A DNA stretch of 64,000 nt from Octopus sinensis (taxonomy: Eukaryota), in NCBI RefSeq assembly GCF_006345805.1, contig NC_043008.1, positions 42,222,001-42,286,000 of the forward strand. The letters run 5' to 3'. Position numbers and translations under genes: made by a program. The notes beneath the pieces are model-generated. The model did not search any database. It saw only the letters and a program-made list of their open reading frames with translations, and had not been told where the DNA came from. How positions within the stretch are numbered: the stretch's first letter is position 1; the number at the start of each line of letters is the position of its first letter. Shown here piece after piece: positions 13,698 through 28,814 of the stretch.

Positions 13698-13985
13698 CAG
13701 GATGTATGTTTTAGTAGACATAAATTTGTAAATATTATTTTACTCTGGTAAACTATACACAAAGATAAATATATACACAGACACGTATACACACATGCAT
13801 ATAGGTTCGTTGTAATAGAAATCTCTTAGACACAAAGAGACATAAATATTGGTGTAATGGGTAACAAATGCTTAGAGACATGGTAATCGAGAAGTGGAGT
13901 GTATTACACTCACACTTTCATAAACTGAGAAAACTCTCGCACACAGACACACGCACGCACACACAGACACACACACACGTACATA

Positions 13986-14184
13986 CAAGGGTGAGTCAAA
14001 AACTAATGCCATTCTGTTTAAGACAGGTATAATTACCAACACAGGAACATGTATCATACGTCAAAATGAAGCTGGTCCTCTGTGGATCACATCCCTACTT
14101 CTCAACATAGTCACACTTTCTCTCAATAACAATGTTCCACCTTCGAATCAGAGCACGTATCTCTACCTCGTAAAATTCTATTGA

Positions 14185-14188
<4 letters not shown>
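13986..14188 (-). mobile_element. Second, truncated copy of the same mariner family (3' TIR plus transposase end)
   Basis: Its reverse complement aligns by eye with 1215-1418. It begins ta|caagggtgagtcaaaa and breaks off at a (TA)n tract. Confidence 0.9.
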
Positions 14189-14220
<32 letters not shown>

Positions 14221-14239
14221 GTGTGTGTGTGTGTATGAA

Positions 14240-14456
14240 TGTAAGTTTGTGTGTCTGTGTTTGCCCCCCACCCGATCGATTGATAATAGACGTTGGTGTG
14301 TTTACGTGCCCGTAACTTAGCGGTTCGGCAAAATAGATCGATGAAATAAGTACTAGGCACACAAAGAATAAGTCCTGGTGTCAGTTTCTTCGACTGAAGG
14401 CGGTGCTCCAGCACGGCCACAATCAAATGCCTGAAACAAATAGAAGAATAAAAGAA
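14240..14456 (+). mobile_element. SINE family B, 3' half
   Basis: Contains cccgtaacttagcggttcggcaaaa...aaggcggtgctccagc. Confidence 0.85.
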
Positions 14457-15243
14457 TCTAGCATTTAAACCAGCCTTTTTTATGTTAAACTAGCCAGATT
14501 AGATATCTCACACCCATCCTACAACTACTACATCAAAATCTCAAATCTCGTGAGAAAATGCGTGATTAATTCCAAACAATGTGAATATATGATCAGGACA
14601 TTTGTGAGAGGAATCTGAATGCTGAAGGATTAAAATGGCGGCTAGCAGAATCGATAGCATAGGGCACAACATGCTTAGCAGTATTTCTTCCTGTCTTACG
14701 TTTTAAGTTCAAATACTGCTGCGGTCGAATTTACTTTCAAGTTCTATAAAGTACTTAACGGTTGGTCGCTGTGGTCAATATGACCGACTGAACCTCCACT
14801 CAAAACTGTCGACAGTATTATGGTAAACTAACAAACAAAAGTTCTTAGCTTATTTACTCTGGCACATTACTTTGAAATTACTCCGCGGTGGACCTTGACG
14901 TTCATCTATCTGATTTGAATAAATTAAAGTCTCTATCATGTAAGGGGCCAAGTCGGCAGGGGAGCGGGGCGATCTAATTAATTAAACCTCTTCACCTATA
15001 TAAAATTGAATTTTAACACGTTAAAATTTACATGTGTTAGAAGATATTTGTTGAGAAATATGATTTGGAACGAAGAGAAAAGTAATTTTGATTCACTGGC
15101 TACAAATTTAATTCCTGATTGCTGTTTCAATGCGATGATGTGAGATTACCATAATCATTCGCCGGTTTTGTTTGAAAATTTGGTTTCTCGAAAATATATC
15201 TTACCATATTCGGTGTTTCATAAATAATAGAGAGAGCGGGGAG

Positions 15244-15292
<49 letters not shown>

Positions 15293-15996
15293 AATCTCGT
15301 GAATTTCTACAATCTCATTTGCGCACCATTTCGCTGAAAAGCTGCACCGAGTCACCACATGCTTTCGAGGAAGAACTATATTCTATGGAACCATTTTCTT
15401 TTTCCAAACTCTATTCGTTTTAGTTTCCGACAGAAAACTGAGAATATTATATATATCTTCCCGCCATGAACTCCAATAGGTATTAGAAAAATGTACTAAT
15501 TAGTTAAATTATTCATTTATGGTAATTGGGTAAATAAGTACACTATATAGAAAAGTAACTGTTTTCCTCAGAAAATAATAGAAAACAAATATTATTTTAG
15601 ATTCCATATTTGTTTATTTTTGGTACATTTTTCCTACATTTGGAGTCGTATTCTCTAACTTACTTGCATGCAACAATCGCTAGTAATCCATATTCCTCAA
15701 CCGACAACTGATGATTTTTGGCGCCTTTTAATGTAATTTATCCAAAATATCGTGAATTCTTGTGAGTGTTTCCAAAATTCTTGCAATTGTGGCGAATCTG
15801 CAAAGGACACAACACGAACTGCTGCTAAACTAAGCGGCTTTTTAAAGATTGCATCTCGAAACATGGACATGCCTACACACCAATTCTGTCTAAGAAATTC
15901 CACTCACAAACCTTAAACTGTTCCATGACGTTTTTGCGCTTGTTTCCTTTGTAATATAATAGAAATGCGTGGATATTGGTGGAAGTATATTTGTGC

Positions 15997-16039
<43 letters not shown>

Positions 16040-16533
16040 TTGTCGTGTGGGTAAATATTGGCGTAGGCGGGTTCTTCCTTAATAAAAAATATATTCTAAA
16101 AGATATTTGGTAGTACAAATATTTTTTAAAATACCAGATTCGTTTGCGACAAAAATTACAACCAAGGAAACTTTTTTTTTTTTGGTTATAATTCAGACAA
16201 ATATATACTTTTGTATTATTTTTTTCTCTTAAAAACATTTCCTTTTCATATTTCCAAAAACAATCCTGGAAAATAAAAGACTGGTTAATGACTGAAACAA
16301 GAATTCAGTTAAAAATACGATCAATTCCGAATACAGAGTCGAAAAATATGAAATTGTCAAAAGAAAACAAAAATGGTAAATGTGAGGGAAAAATCAAATA
16401 TTCTTCATAAGAAGTTAATCGAAGCGAAAATAATAAATCGATATTGCAGTTATTTATATAGCTTTGATTTCTGCCAAATTATGGTCGCTTCTGTTACACA
16501 CACACACACACACACACACACCACGACACGACA

Positions 16534-16579
<46 letters not shown>

Positions 16580-16722
16580 AACACACACAAGCATAGAAAC
16601 ACACAGATACGGACACACATGAACACATGCGCGCAAACGCACTACCGCATGCACACACAACAGACATATACATATACGCTTGTATATGGATACATATATA
16701 TAAATATATATATATGTGTGTG

Positions 16723-16759
<37 letters not shown>

Positions 16760-16790
16760 ATGTATATATATATATATATGTGTGAGTGTG

Positions 16791-16821
<31 letters not shown>

Positions 16822-19088
16822 GTGCGTGTGCGTATGTATATAAGGGGAGTGTAGGTTTAAATATATTATATTATATACAATACAATATATATATATATAT
16901 ACATATATAATATATATATATATATATATTACATATATATATATATATTATATATATATGAGAGTGAGAGGGGAAGGAGGGTGGTGGTGAGCAGCTATCA
17001 GCCAGAAAATGGCGATATCAGCGGTCAATTCTTTATGCAGGTTTATTAGAACTTGAAGATACATTATTGTACGGCATGTTTTTAATTAAATACCTCTTCA
17101 AAGTCCATATGACGGTCTTAAAGCATTTAATTATCTTTCACGTGACTTTGTTGTCTTTTTACTATCGCATAAACTTCACGAAAGAGAATCTAGATGTCAA
17201 TATACGATACACATAGATGTGTGTGTTTATGTGTCTTTGTGTGTGCGTATTACGTTACAGTCGGCGTTCTTAATGAATCTAGCTAGCTTCTGCAAAAGCA
17301 ATGTCGTCTGCTTTCGGGGAAAATCACTCTTACGCACGACATAGGCAAGGTTGTATTGTTAATGAAGTTCGTTCCCAACCATTGAGTTTCTCAACTTCGT
17401 AGCTTTTGTTGTTTCCCATTACGTACAGATTTGATCAAGAATATCTTATCATATAAAGTCACTCGACTAACACCTTGTAAATGAGCGCCTTGGCACGATC
17501 ACAATTATGTAGATAACCGCTGCATTTACTTTCACACTTCATTATAGAACAAAAACTACACTGATAAAGGCTAAAGGATATTAAATATACGATATTAAAT
17601 ATACGCTGAAGGAGGCGATCTGGCAGTATCGTTAACATGTCGTGCAAAATGCTTAACAGTATGTCGTCTGTCTTTACATTCTGAGTTCAAATTCCACCGA
17701 GGTCACCATTACCTTTCATCCTTTTGATGACAGTATGTTAAGTACCAGTCAAGCCTTGGGATCGATGAAATCGATAGTACCCTCTTCCAGAATTTTAAAT
17801 CTTGTGCCTTTAGTAGAAAAGATATTAAATATACCCTTTTTAATATACTGGGAACCTTAAACAAAGACGTGCAACCCCAGCATCGAGTCACCTTCTCCAC
17901 GTTGATACTCGTCTGGGACCGTTCACAATTTACGGTCTACTGCATCGATTTCCACTCCATCTCATATTATTGTTGATAATTCTGCTGTTCAGTCCCAGGC
18001 CAACTAATGTAAAAGACCTAGTTTCGTGACATTCCACTGATGACCAACCAATTTGTATCCTACCTTATATATAACGTGTGCTCATTTCATTTAAATGATA
18101 GCAATATTCGAGCAAGTTTTGACTAGTATTTCTAGTAGAATTGGAGACTGATGAGGCGCCCCACTGTTTTGCAGACGCCGATTTTCAGCTGTTCTAAACG
18201 AGTATAACTTGCATTCATTTGATCAGGAGGGAGGATCAGAAGGAGGAGTAGAAGGGGGAGAGAAGGAGAGCAGAGAGAGAGAGAGAAGGAGGAGCAGAAG
18301 GGGCAGAACTTTAACTTTTATTAAAACCATTAATTGCCCCACCAATGCTATTGCTTTCAATTTAGTTTTCTTCTCATTCTATAAATAGACATTACTGAAA
18401 ATAATATTAATTACCCTTCGATGGACTAAAATCGCAGGGTCAATCATTCACAGCTGAGGTGACTGAAGCAACATGAAATGAAGTGCTTTTCTCAAGAGCA
18501 TACCTCGACTACCGGTTTTGGGTATCGAAAGCATGGTCTTGCGATCGAAACTCAACACATTAACCGCTTGGCCACATTCGTTCACGCACCTTATTAAAAC
18601 CCTTGTTAGATTTTAATCACAACTCCTGAATACCTGAATATTTGGAGTATCAGACAAATATCTTGTAGTACTTGCTAGGTTCTCTTAACGTTTTAAGTTC
18701 AAATCGTGGGTCTTCTCTTTTATTTTTTTTTATTTTGCAAATCTATAAAAATAAATCACCGGTCGTTAAGAAATACGGTGACATCATCAATCGAAAACAG
18801 AGAAAATAAACTGCAGACGATGAAACATCCTAGTCACAGTTCAATAACTAAATAAAATAATACGCTCCACAAGATTTCTTTCTTCTTTTCAATAAAGAAC
18901 TCTTTGATTTATGCCAATCCTTTTGAAATACGTCAAACACGGAATCTTTGATTTAAGACGCCCCTTTAATAGTCTGATTGACTTTTATACCCTAAACTCT
19001 CCTGGCATCATTAACTGTAAGACCACTTAAAAGATATAACACTCTAAAGATAGTGTTAACATTCATTTTGCTAAAGGCTTAAAATGAT

Positions 19089-19212
<124 letters not shown>

Positions 19213-19709
19213 ATATAATGTATATATATATATAATTAATATATTGATCCTTGCAGATGTGCGTGTCTTTGTCGGCTGTGTATTTTACCAACTGCGGAGA
19301 ATTTCGGTCGTATAAAATCTGGTTTCGTGTAGGTCAGATACAAAAGTAACATTCATAGCTAAAATCATTCGCACACTTCAAAAGAAATAAAGAAATATTT
19401 TCATCAACAATATAGAAATTTAACAATTGAATTATGATTCCTTTACTGCACTTTTAGTATTGAACGAGAAGTCGGTAAATATAGAGTGACTGATAGAGAG
19501 ACAGCGATAGAGACAGAGAGACTGACAGGTAGGTGGGTCGCCTGGTAGATAGATATATTGATAGATAGACACTTTATTTTTCCCCTTTTGCGGAATTCAT
19601 GTAAGATCTTTGGGACTTCTCTTGCAGATAGTACGTTTCTACGTAACCCCTCTCGTGTTTGTATTGTTCTAAATGTTTCGCGGCCCTCCTGATCATTAAA
19701 ATAATTTTT

Positions 19710-19724
19710 ATCATCATCATCATT

Positions 19725-19764
<40 letters not shown>

Positions 19765-19796
19765 CCACCAACACCATTATCATCATCATCATCATT

Positions 19797-19848
<52 letters not shown>

Positions 19849-19880
19849 CCACCAACACTATTATCATCATCATCGTCGTT
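19710..19880. repeat. (CAT)n microsatellite, probably the tail of a minus-strand retroposon at about 19880-20330
   Basis: The microsatellite is read directly. The tail interpretation is inferred from the abrupt join to a higher-GC block. Confidence 0.6.
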
Positions 19881-20474
19881 ACTATTTTCATTGTTATTGA
19901 GTGAGAGACCAGTGCATGCCATCAAAGTGACACTGGGGTACAAATGTACGAAGCCCAGTATACCCATCATGACTACCCGTCTGATAAGGGTACACCAGGC
20001 ACATGCATCACAACCAAATGTGCGAGACTTGGTGATCTCATATCAAGATAAACAGACAGCGCATGACCTTGTAGGTGGGGCCCAGTTGAAATTTTCTTCC
20101 TGTCAAATAACCCATGCCACTCAAAAGGTCTCTGCATAAGGGTTGTTTAAGGGTGATGAACGAAACATCCTTATTTCCAGAAATAAACTACTAAAACTAA
20201 AAACAATTCCCCTCCCCTACTACTTCTGGTCGTAAGCAGAGATGAATATATCGTCAGCCACTGAGGGTCATGCTCATCTGGGTCAGGTCAAACAACCGAC
20301 AAGCAAATCTGTGGTGTTGAGTAGAATATTTGAGACAGGAAGAGAGACAAAGGGCAAATGCGAATACGAATATATGTAAAATTGTGTGGGTGTATTATTT
20401 GTTATATTTAATTAAATAATTTACTTAAGCCTAATTATGGAAAGCTCTGAAGTTTATACGCGCACACACTAATG

Positions 20475-20508
<34 letters not shown>

Positions 20509-21817
20509 CATAAATATATACATACATACATATATATACATATATATGTATATATATATATATTTAACATAATATGTATATATGATATACATATACACGT
20601 ATGTATATTAGTTTAATATGTCATGTAATAAAACCTGCTTTGCCGTTTGTCTTTAATAAACTGCTTTTGAATGATGTTGAGAGAGATATTGCTCTAAATA
20701 AAACAAACGCACACACATACACATGAGTGTGTTTATACGCGTTTACACGTTTCTATGTGTATATATGTGCATCTGTGTGTATTTATATACGAGTGTGCGT
20801 TTCGCGATGAAAACATGACAAGTTATGATATTAAGCTTCAATGAGCGCCATCATGAAACACAAGACCGCCATTGATGTCTGGGAATAAATCTTTTACTTG
20901 GCAAAATGAAGCGAAAGTAGTAAATTCGAGATATTACCTCACACATAGAACTAAGTTTCAAAACTTTGTTGAAGTAAATTTATAAGCCGTACACCCCACA
21001 TGCTCTTTCGAAAGGCATGACTATCATAACCTCTATCGTTATTTTTTTTCCTCTATACCCAATGACTTTTCTGTTAACTAAAAATGAACGTCATATCTTC
21101 TGTCAATTTTTCCGCCATTGAAGAAAGCAAAAAAATATATCATTTGAGATATTTTCCTTATTCAGAGGCAAGATAACGAATTTGATTTACCATGTTACAT
21201 AATAAAGTTATCATTAATCTTCTAACGCTGAAATCGTACTCATTCTACTCAAGTTAAAGTGTCTAATGTAATAAAGAAAGAATTTCACAGTCGACACGTT
21301 TTAGTTTAAACGCCATTGTCAGTATGATCAAACTTTCTGTTAGTTCTCAAATAGTATCTCTGTATTTTAACTTCTGTATGAGAAAATGTTTGCGCGTGCG
21401 TAAACATTCTGGACTTATATTTACCATCAATATATTAAAGCATAAATACATGCCTATATATATACAGACATGTACACTCACACACACGTATACATGTAGA
21501 CGCACTCACACAAATATATATATGAATGTGAGTACATATATATATATATATAATATATATATATATATATAATATATATATATATATGTATGTGTGTGTG
21601 TATGTGTGTGTGAGTGTGTGAATGTGAATATATATATATATACATATATATATTCTTATATAAAGATGCATGTATATATCTGCATACGCATATTCATATA
21701 TATGAATAGATGTAGACACGTATATGTGCATGTATATGCGTGTGTGTGTGTGTGAGTGTGTAGACAGATAAGAAATACTAACCTGCGTATTTGCAAGTGT
21801 ATATGTATATTTATATG

Positions 21818-21860
<43 letters not shown>

Positions 21861-22658
21861 ACACACTCACATACGCATAAATGTATACAAGTGTAGGGAT
21901 ATATGTAAATGCACGCATACAAGACGCAACTCACTACACACACACACACTACACATACACACACACACACACACACACATACTACACACAACATAACACA
22001 CAAATTGTTATGTCGATCGCGCAAATCCTTTGAAGATGTTTTAAATTTACTTTTATGTCTCGTCCATTCTCTGACACATTTCTTTAATGGCTGACTAAAT
22101 ACTGTTTCTTTTCTTTCTCCAAATTATTCCATCTATCCAACTTCCCTCACTATATTTCCTGATCTACGACCTTCCATTCACTACTGATTACACTCTCTTT
22201 GATTGATAAGACCCAATATTATCATATCTATATAATTCTCTGCTAGATTTCGCCACCAGATTCTCACTTCATTTTGCTTTCAAGTCCATTAGCACGAGAG
22301 TTTCAATTTTAGCCAACAGTAATACATTAAGGAAATATATTGGTTCGAGAGTATAGATTTTCTTTTGTTCCTTTAATCTCTTACGTGTTTCAGTCGCTGT
22401 GTTGCAGCTACGGCCATGCTGTGGCACCACTGTGATAGGGTTAGTAGATCAAATCGTCGCCAGTATTTATGGAGATTTTTTTCTTAATCATTTTTTCAAC
22501 CTATTAAATTACAGGGACATAAACAAATTAGCACCGGTCGACACGCACTCACACACGTACACACACACACACACATACACACACACATATGTATATGTAT
22601 ATATATGCATATATATACATATAGATATACATATACATACATACATATATATATATAT

Positions 22659-22726
<68 letters not shown>

Positions 22727-22730
22727 ATAT

Positions 22731-23138
22731 GCAGGAGTGGCTGTGTGGTAAGTAGCTTGCTAACCAACCACATGGTTCCGGGTTCAGTCCCACTGCGTGG
22801 CATCTTGGGCGAGTGTCTTCTGCTATAGCCCCGGGCCGACCAATGCCTTGTGAGTGGATTTGGTAGACGGAAACTGAAAGAAGCCTGTCGTATATATGTG
22901 TATATATATATGTGTGTGTGTTTGTGTATCTGTATTTGTCCCCCTAGCATTGCTTGACAACCGATGCTGGTGTGTTTACGTCCCCGTTACTTAGCGGTTC
23001 GGCAAAAAAGAGACCGATAGAATAAGTACTGGGCTTACAAAGAATAAGTCCCGGGGTCGATTTGCTCGACTAAAGGCGGTGCTCCAGCATGGCCGCAGTC
23101 AAATGACTGAAACAAGTAAAAGAGTAAAAGAGTAAGAG
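22731..23138 (+). mobile_element. tRNA-derived SINE family B, full length
   Basis: Head ggagtggctgtgtggtaag...gggttcagtccc, an internal TA/TG microsatellite, and tail aaggcggtgctccagcatggccgcagtcaaatgactgaaacaagtaaaagagtaaaagag. The family recurs many times in the window. Confidence 0.9.
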
Positions 23139-23159
23139 TATATACAGACACACACACAC

Positions 23160-23381
23160 AATAACACAGATGGGTTGTGGTCCACTACAGCTGTTTCAGA
23201 CCTGTTCTTTATTGATGCACAAAATATTACATCAAGTAAAATAAAAGAAAACGCTTTCTTCGGGTAAACTGAAAGTAAACTTTAACACTTAGGATTTTTT
23301 ACTTGGTGGTGTAATATTTTGTTCATCAATAAAGAACACATCTGAAACGGTTGTAGTGAATCTCAACCTATCTGTGTTATT
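23160..23381. repeat. Foldback or MITE-like element with roughly 82-bp arms
   Basis: aataacacagat...gttctttattgatg.acaaaatattaca..caagtaaaa is mirrored at 23297-23381. Confidence 0.9.
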
Positions 23382-23500
23382 GCTTATAGTTCACCACACT
23401 CGGAACCCTCCCTGCGTTGAATATTGAGCCTATAGTCTACTGTGGTATTCGCGGCATAAGTCTACTCCTGTGTAACATTGTGTACACGTTATGTATGCGG

Positions 23501-23554
23501 TCAGTACTGAAGGATGTCAGTACTGAAGGATGTCAGTACTGAAGGATGTCAGTA
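23501..23554 (+). repeat. 16-bp tandem repeat (TCAGTACTGAAGGATG) x3.4
   Basis: Perfect copies read directly from the sequence. Confidence 0.97.
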
Positions 23555-24006
23555 GCCGAACATATCGTAAATGCACAGGTGCGCTATCCTCAACCAAGAC
23601 TTTGTGGTTTTGCTATTCAAATAGGCCTTGATTCTATCAGCTCCTAAAAAGTGTTATATATCTATCTATAAGTGTGTGTGTATGTGTGAGTGCGTGTGTG
23701 TGTGTTTGTGTGTGTATGTGTGGTGTGTGTGTGTGTGTGTGTGTGTTTGTGTGTGTGTGTGGTTGAAGATTATGCACAAAACAAAACCAAAAACAACAGA
23801 CAGAGAGAGGAAAGTGAACAACAGGCAGGGTGTATTACTTTCAGGCTCAGGAAAAATGAAAGAACTCTTAGACGTTTCGAGTTACGAGCCATCGCTATTT
23901 TACAAAAAAAGAATGAGGAGTCAAAACATAAAGAGATCGAGAAAATTGGAGAGAGAAAAAAACCGTGTATGGACTATACATACATATATGCATACATACA
24001 TACATT

Positions 24007-24051
<45 letters not shown>

Positions 24052-24057
24052 ATCTTT

Positions 24058-24262
24058 TTTTCTTTTACTTGCTTCAGTCATTTGATTGCGGCAGTGCTGG
24101 AGCACCGCATTTAGTCGAACAAATCAACCTCAGGACATATTCTTTCTAAGCCTAGTACTTATTCTACGCGTATCTTTTGCCGAACCACTAAATTACGGGG
24201 ACGTAAATACACCAATATCGGTTGTCAAGCGATGGTGGGAGGGACAAACACAGGCACACAAA
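24058..24262 (-). mobile_element. SINE family B, 3' half
   Basis: The reverse complement matches the tail of 22731-23138. Confidence 0.85.
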
Positions 24263-24982
24263 CATGTACAGTTATATAACATTTACACATTTATAGATTA
24301 ATAGGTTTTATATTTTTGAATAGAGATTTCGCGACAGAGGTCAGATAAGTGTAAAAATTGATGAAATGAGTAGAGTGACACTAACGCAACTTCCTTTGTT
24401 TATCTAATGTAAGAATGAGATGTTAGATGTAAAATATATATATTACTATGGGTGTTCAATAGATAAAATTAATGATTAATTGTCATAGAGGTGTATTATA
24501 GGTTAGATGTTATATAATAAATGACAGATAAGTGAGAGAAGTAGAGGAAGAGAGAGAGAGAGAGAGAGAGATTAATGTGAGAAGAGACATCTATGGAAGT
24601 GCTCAAGGGAAATTTGGTGGCGAATTAATGCGTTATTTGTAAAGTATGACGTAAATTCTAAGAGAGATATTAGCGTAGTTATGACATTGTGTACGCGCTA
24701 TACATACAGACAGATAGGTATTTATATACACTTATATGTGTATATGTATGGGTATAAGCCTATAACTATGTATTTATGTGTGCGTGTGTGTGTGTGCAGG
24801 CGTGCATGTGCGTTTGTGTGTGTGTGTGTGTGCGTGTGTGTAAGTGTATGTGTGTCGCTGTGTGTCTTTGAGTGTGTGAGTATATGCCGAAATTATGTAT
24901 TACGTGAATAAGGAAACTGAGCGTATGTATATGTCTGTGTGAGTATAAATATACATATATATAACATATATATATATATATA

Positions 24983-25020
<38 letters not shown>

Positions 25021-25154
25021 TATGGTATATACACAAACAGATCGATAGATAAATACACGTATATACATATATATATATATACATATATATATGTGTGTGT
25101 ATGTATATACATATGTATATATATATATATACATATATACATGTATATACATAT

Positions 25155-25208
<54 letters not shown>

Positions 25209-26167
25209 GCATATACATATACATATACGTATATGTGTGTATACATATATATATATATATTATATATGTATAAAACTTATATATAAAATGTACAAGTGTG
25301 TGTGTTTGTTTTACATTGAAGACATATCTGCGATCAATTCTAACATTGTTCTTGTAATATTTTCGAGTTTCTTTATTATCCCCTTTATGATAGTTTGCAA
25401 TAATAGTGATCTTAAGTCCATTAACGTGTCAAGACATTTTCAGCCTCGTCTTCAGAATGAAATGATAATGGTGAGTTTTGTATAAGGCCGTTATGTACCG
25501 CGGTAAGATGTCGCAACTCATAAGATACTATCGGCGAATTTAAAGTTGCTTAATGTTTAATTCCCGATTACTTATCTCTCCTTTTTGCTTTTTTCCACAG
25601 AACTATACGTTTGTGCGTCTGTGTGTCCGGATGTGTGTAAACGGATGTGTGTTTGCGGCGGATTACTGCAGCTTCCGCTAACCAGTTTCGTTTAAAGGTT
25701 ATTGACTGACTTGCGATGATGGCAGAAAACTCCCACCCAAGATGCCACACAGTCGGACGAACTCTATGGTTGCGAGGTGAACTTCCTTACTACTAGATGG
25801 TCACGACTGGAAAGACTCCGATTAAAAGACAACAACTCTATATAACGCCATGTAAATCAAGTAAAAAATCTTTATATACGTGATACAACAAAATCTAATT
25901 GATTATTTTAACTGGATGTTAAAAGACTTAATATGTAAAAGTCAAATTAATTTATTTCAACAGAGTATTAAACACACTCACATCTTCCAAGCTGCTTATC
26001 TCTTCTTGCCTTACGGTGTTAGCTATCAACTGGTATACACCAAGGAATACATTTTACTATGAAAATACTATCATTTTATTTGGAGGAGAGTTTTGCCGAT
26101 AAAATCGACCACTGTATCTTAAGGGTATTGGTTTTCATAGATTAACTTTATTGAACGACAAAACTAT

Positions 26168-26648
<481 letters not shown>

Positions 26649-27559
26649 TTAAAGACAGAAAAGATGGACAAGTTGAAATTCCGTTGCTCTTCCTTCATTT
26701 ATATCCGATTCTTCAGCATTTCTACCAATTCGTCAATCTTCCTAAAATTCCAGAAACTATATTCTATTCGGAGATGTACTTGCATAGCGAGTGACTTGAT
26801 CTGAAATCGTGTGCTGGAACGAAAACAATTGCAGCGTGGAAGGTGTTTATAAGCCATTTAAGAAACACACAAAAACCGTTAGATTCACTTCAACATTTAA
26901 GTTTAATTTGTGTCAAAATATTTTCGTCGCTTTCAGACCTCGATCTGATCACTGACAAAACTTCGTGCTGCATCTCATATATTCTATTCATTTCCGATGT
27001 TCAGAAGTAAATTTATCTGAACTGAAACTGCTTGCACACGTTTTACATTGCAGATGTGTATTTCCCCAGGTTGAAATTTCTCTGTGTTGTAACATGGCGT
27101 TTATTGTAATATTGGTATAGAATCCTAGTGTACTAAGACGAAAGTAATAATAATAATAATACATACAAGAGACCAGCTTTTCCTTTTTTTTTTAACGTTT
27201 TTGTCTGTCATGAGCTAATTACAGGTTTGTGACTGCGTATGCTACTTGTTCGATCGTCAAAGTACCTGGTCGTTCATTCGCCGTAATGTCATAGCTTAAT
27301 GCATCATTTATCTTACACCTGGACCGGTTGCTATTCTGGAAACATTAATATCGATATCAATAGCAGATTTTTAGAGAAAACTTCGGAATCCTAGTATAGT
27401 ATTGGAAAGCGAAATATTTTAATGGAAATTGAAAGTATTATAACTAAAAGCTATTGATAATTTTCATTCCGAGCAACAAAGTAACCGTAAACACAAATTA
27501 CTCACTGCATTTATAGAAATAAAAATAAACAAATAAGAAAAACACTAAACAAAAATAGA

Positions 27560-27861
27560 ATTGGTATTTTACTATTATCAATATTATCAATATTATTATT
27601 AATATTATTACTATCATTATTATTATTATCAATATCATTGTCATTGTTGTTGTTGTTATTATTATTATTATTATTATTACTACTATTATTATTATTTGTT
27701 ATTATTATCATTATTTTTATTATTATTATTATTATTATTACTATTATTACTACTATTATTATTATTTGTTATTATTATCATCATTATTATTATTATTATT
27801 ATTATATTATTATTATTATTACTATTATTATTATTTGTTATTATTATCATTATTTTTATTG

Positions 27862-27929
<68 letters not shown>

Positions 27930-27930
27930 G
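27560..27930. repeat. (TAT)n microsatellite block
   Basis: Direct reading. Confidence 0.97.
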
Positions 27931-28132
27931 TTTTTGTCATCATTTTCCTTTTAATAGATATTATTGTCCGAAATTGATAAAAACAAAGTCCTTTGCACAG
28001 ACATTTATTACAATATATTCTTTGGTAAAAAAAAATATGAAGTATTACTTTTTTCCCGACATTTGCAAATAAATAAAACTGTGTATAGAGACGCATAAAT
28101 ACATACATATTATATACATATGTATATATATA

Positions 28133-28178
<46 letters not shown>

Positions 28179-28333
28179 GTGTTTTGTGTGTGTGTGTAAT
28201 CGAAATAAGCAACAAGGATATCCAAGGTAGTGTAGTACAATCGTTTCATGCTGCTTCATTTTATTAAACAATGTATTTTGCTGAACTTATAATACCATAC
28301 ATTGTATAATATATATATATATATATATATATG

Positions 28334-28391
<58 letters not shown>

Positions 28392-28654
28392 TTATGCATA
28401 ATGTATGTATATGTATTTGATTATATGACATTTCTAGAGAATGCATAATGGGAATGTTTGTTAGACAGCGCACCGAGGCAAGACGCAAAACAATACGAAG
28501 AATAATGGTTTTCAGAATGTTTTTTTTCTCAAACGAACAATAATTGACACAGAATACCCGAAATGTCCAGACAGAAACAAGCAAACAAAGAAACAAACAA
28601 GGACAGACAGACAGATAGATAGATAGATAGATATAATACACACACATATCTATC

Positions 28655-28687
<33 letters not shown>

Positions 28688-28762
28688 CTATCTACTATCT
28701 ATCTATCTATCATATATATATTATATATTATAATATATATATATACATACATATATATTTAT

Positions 28763-28814
<52 letters not shown>

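Noticed and set aside
18148-18186. CTGATGA-GGCG...CGCC-GATT as a hammerhead
   Set aside because: GAAA is replaced by GATT, and I find no stem I or stem III pairing.
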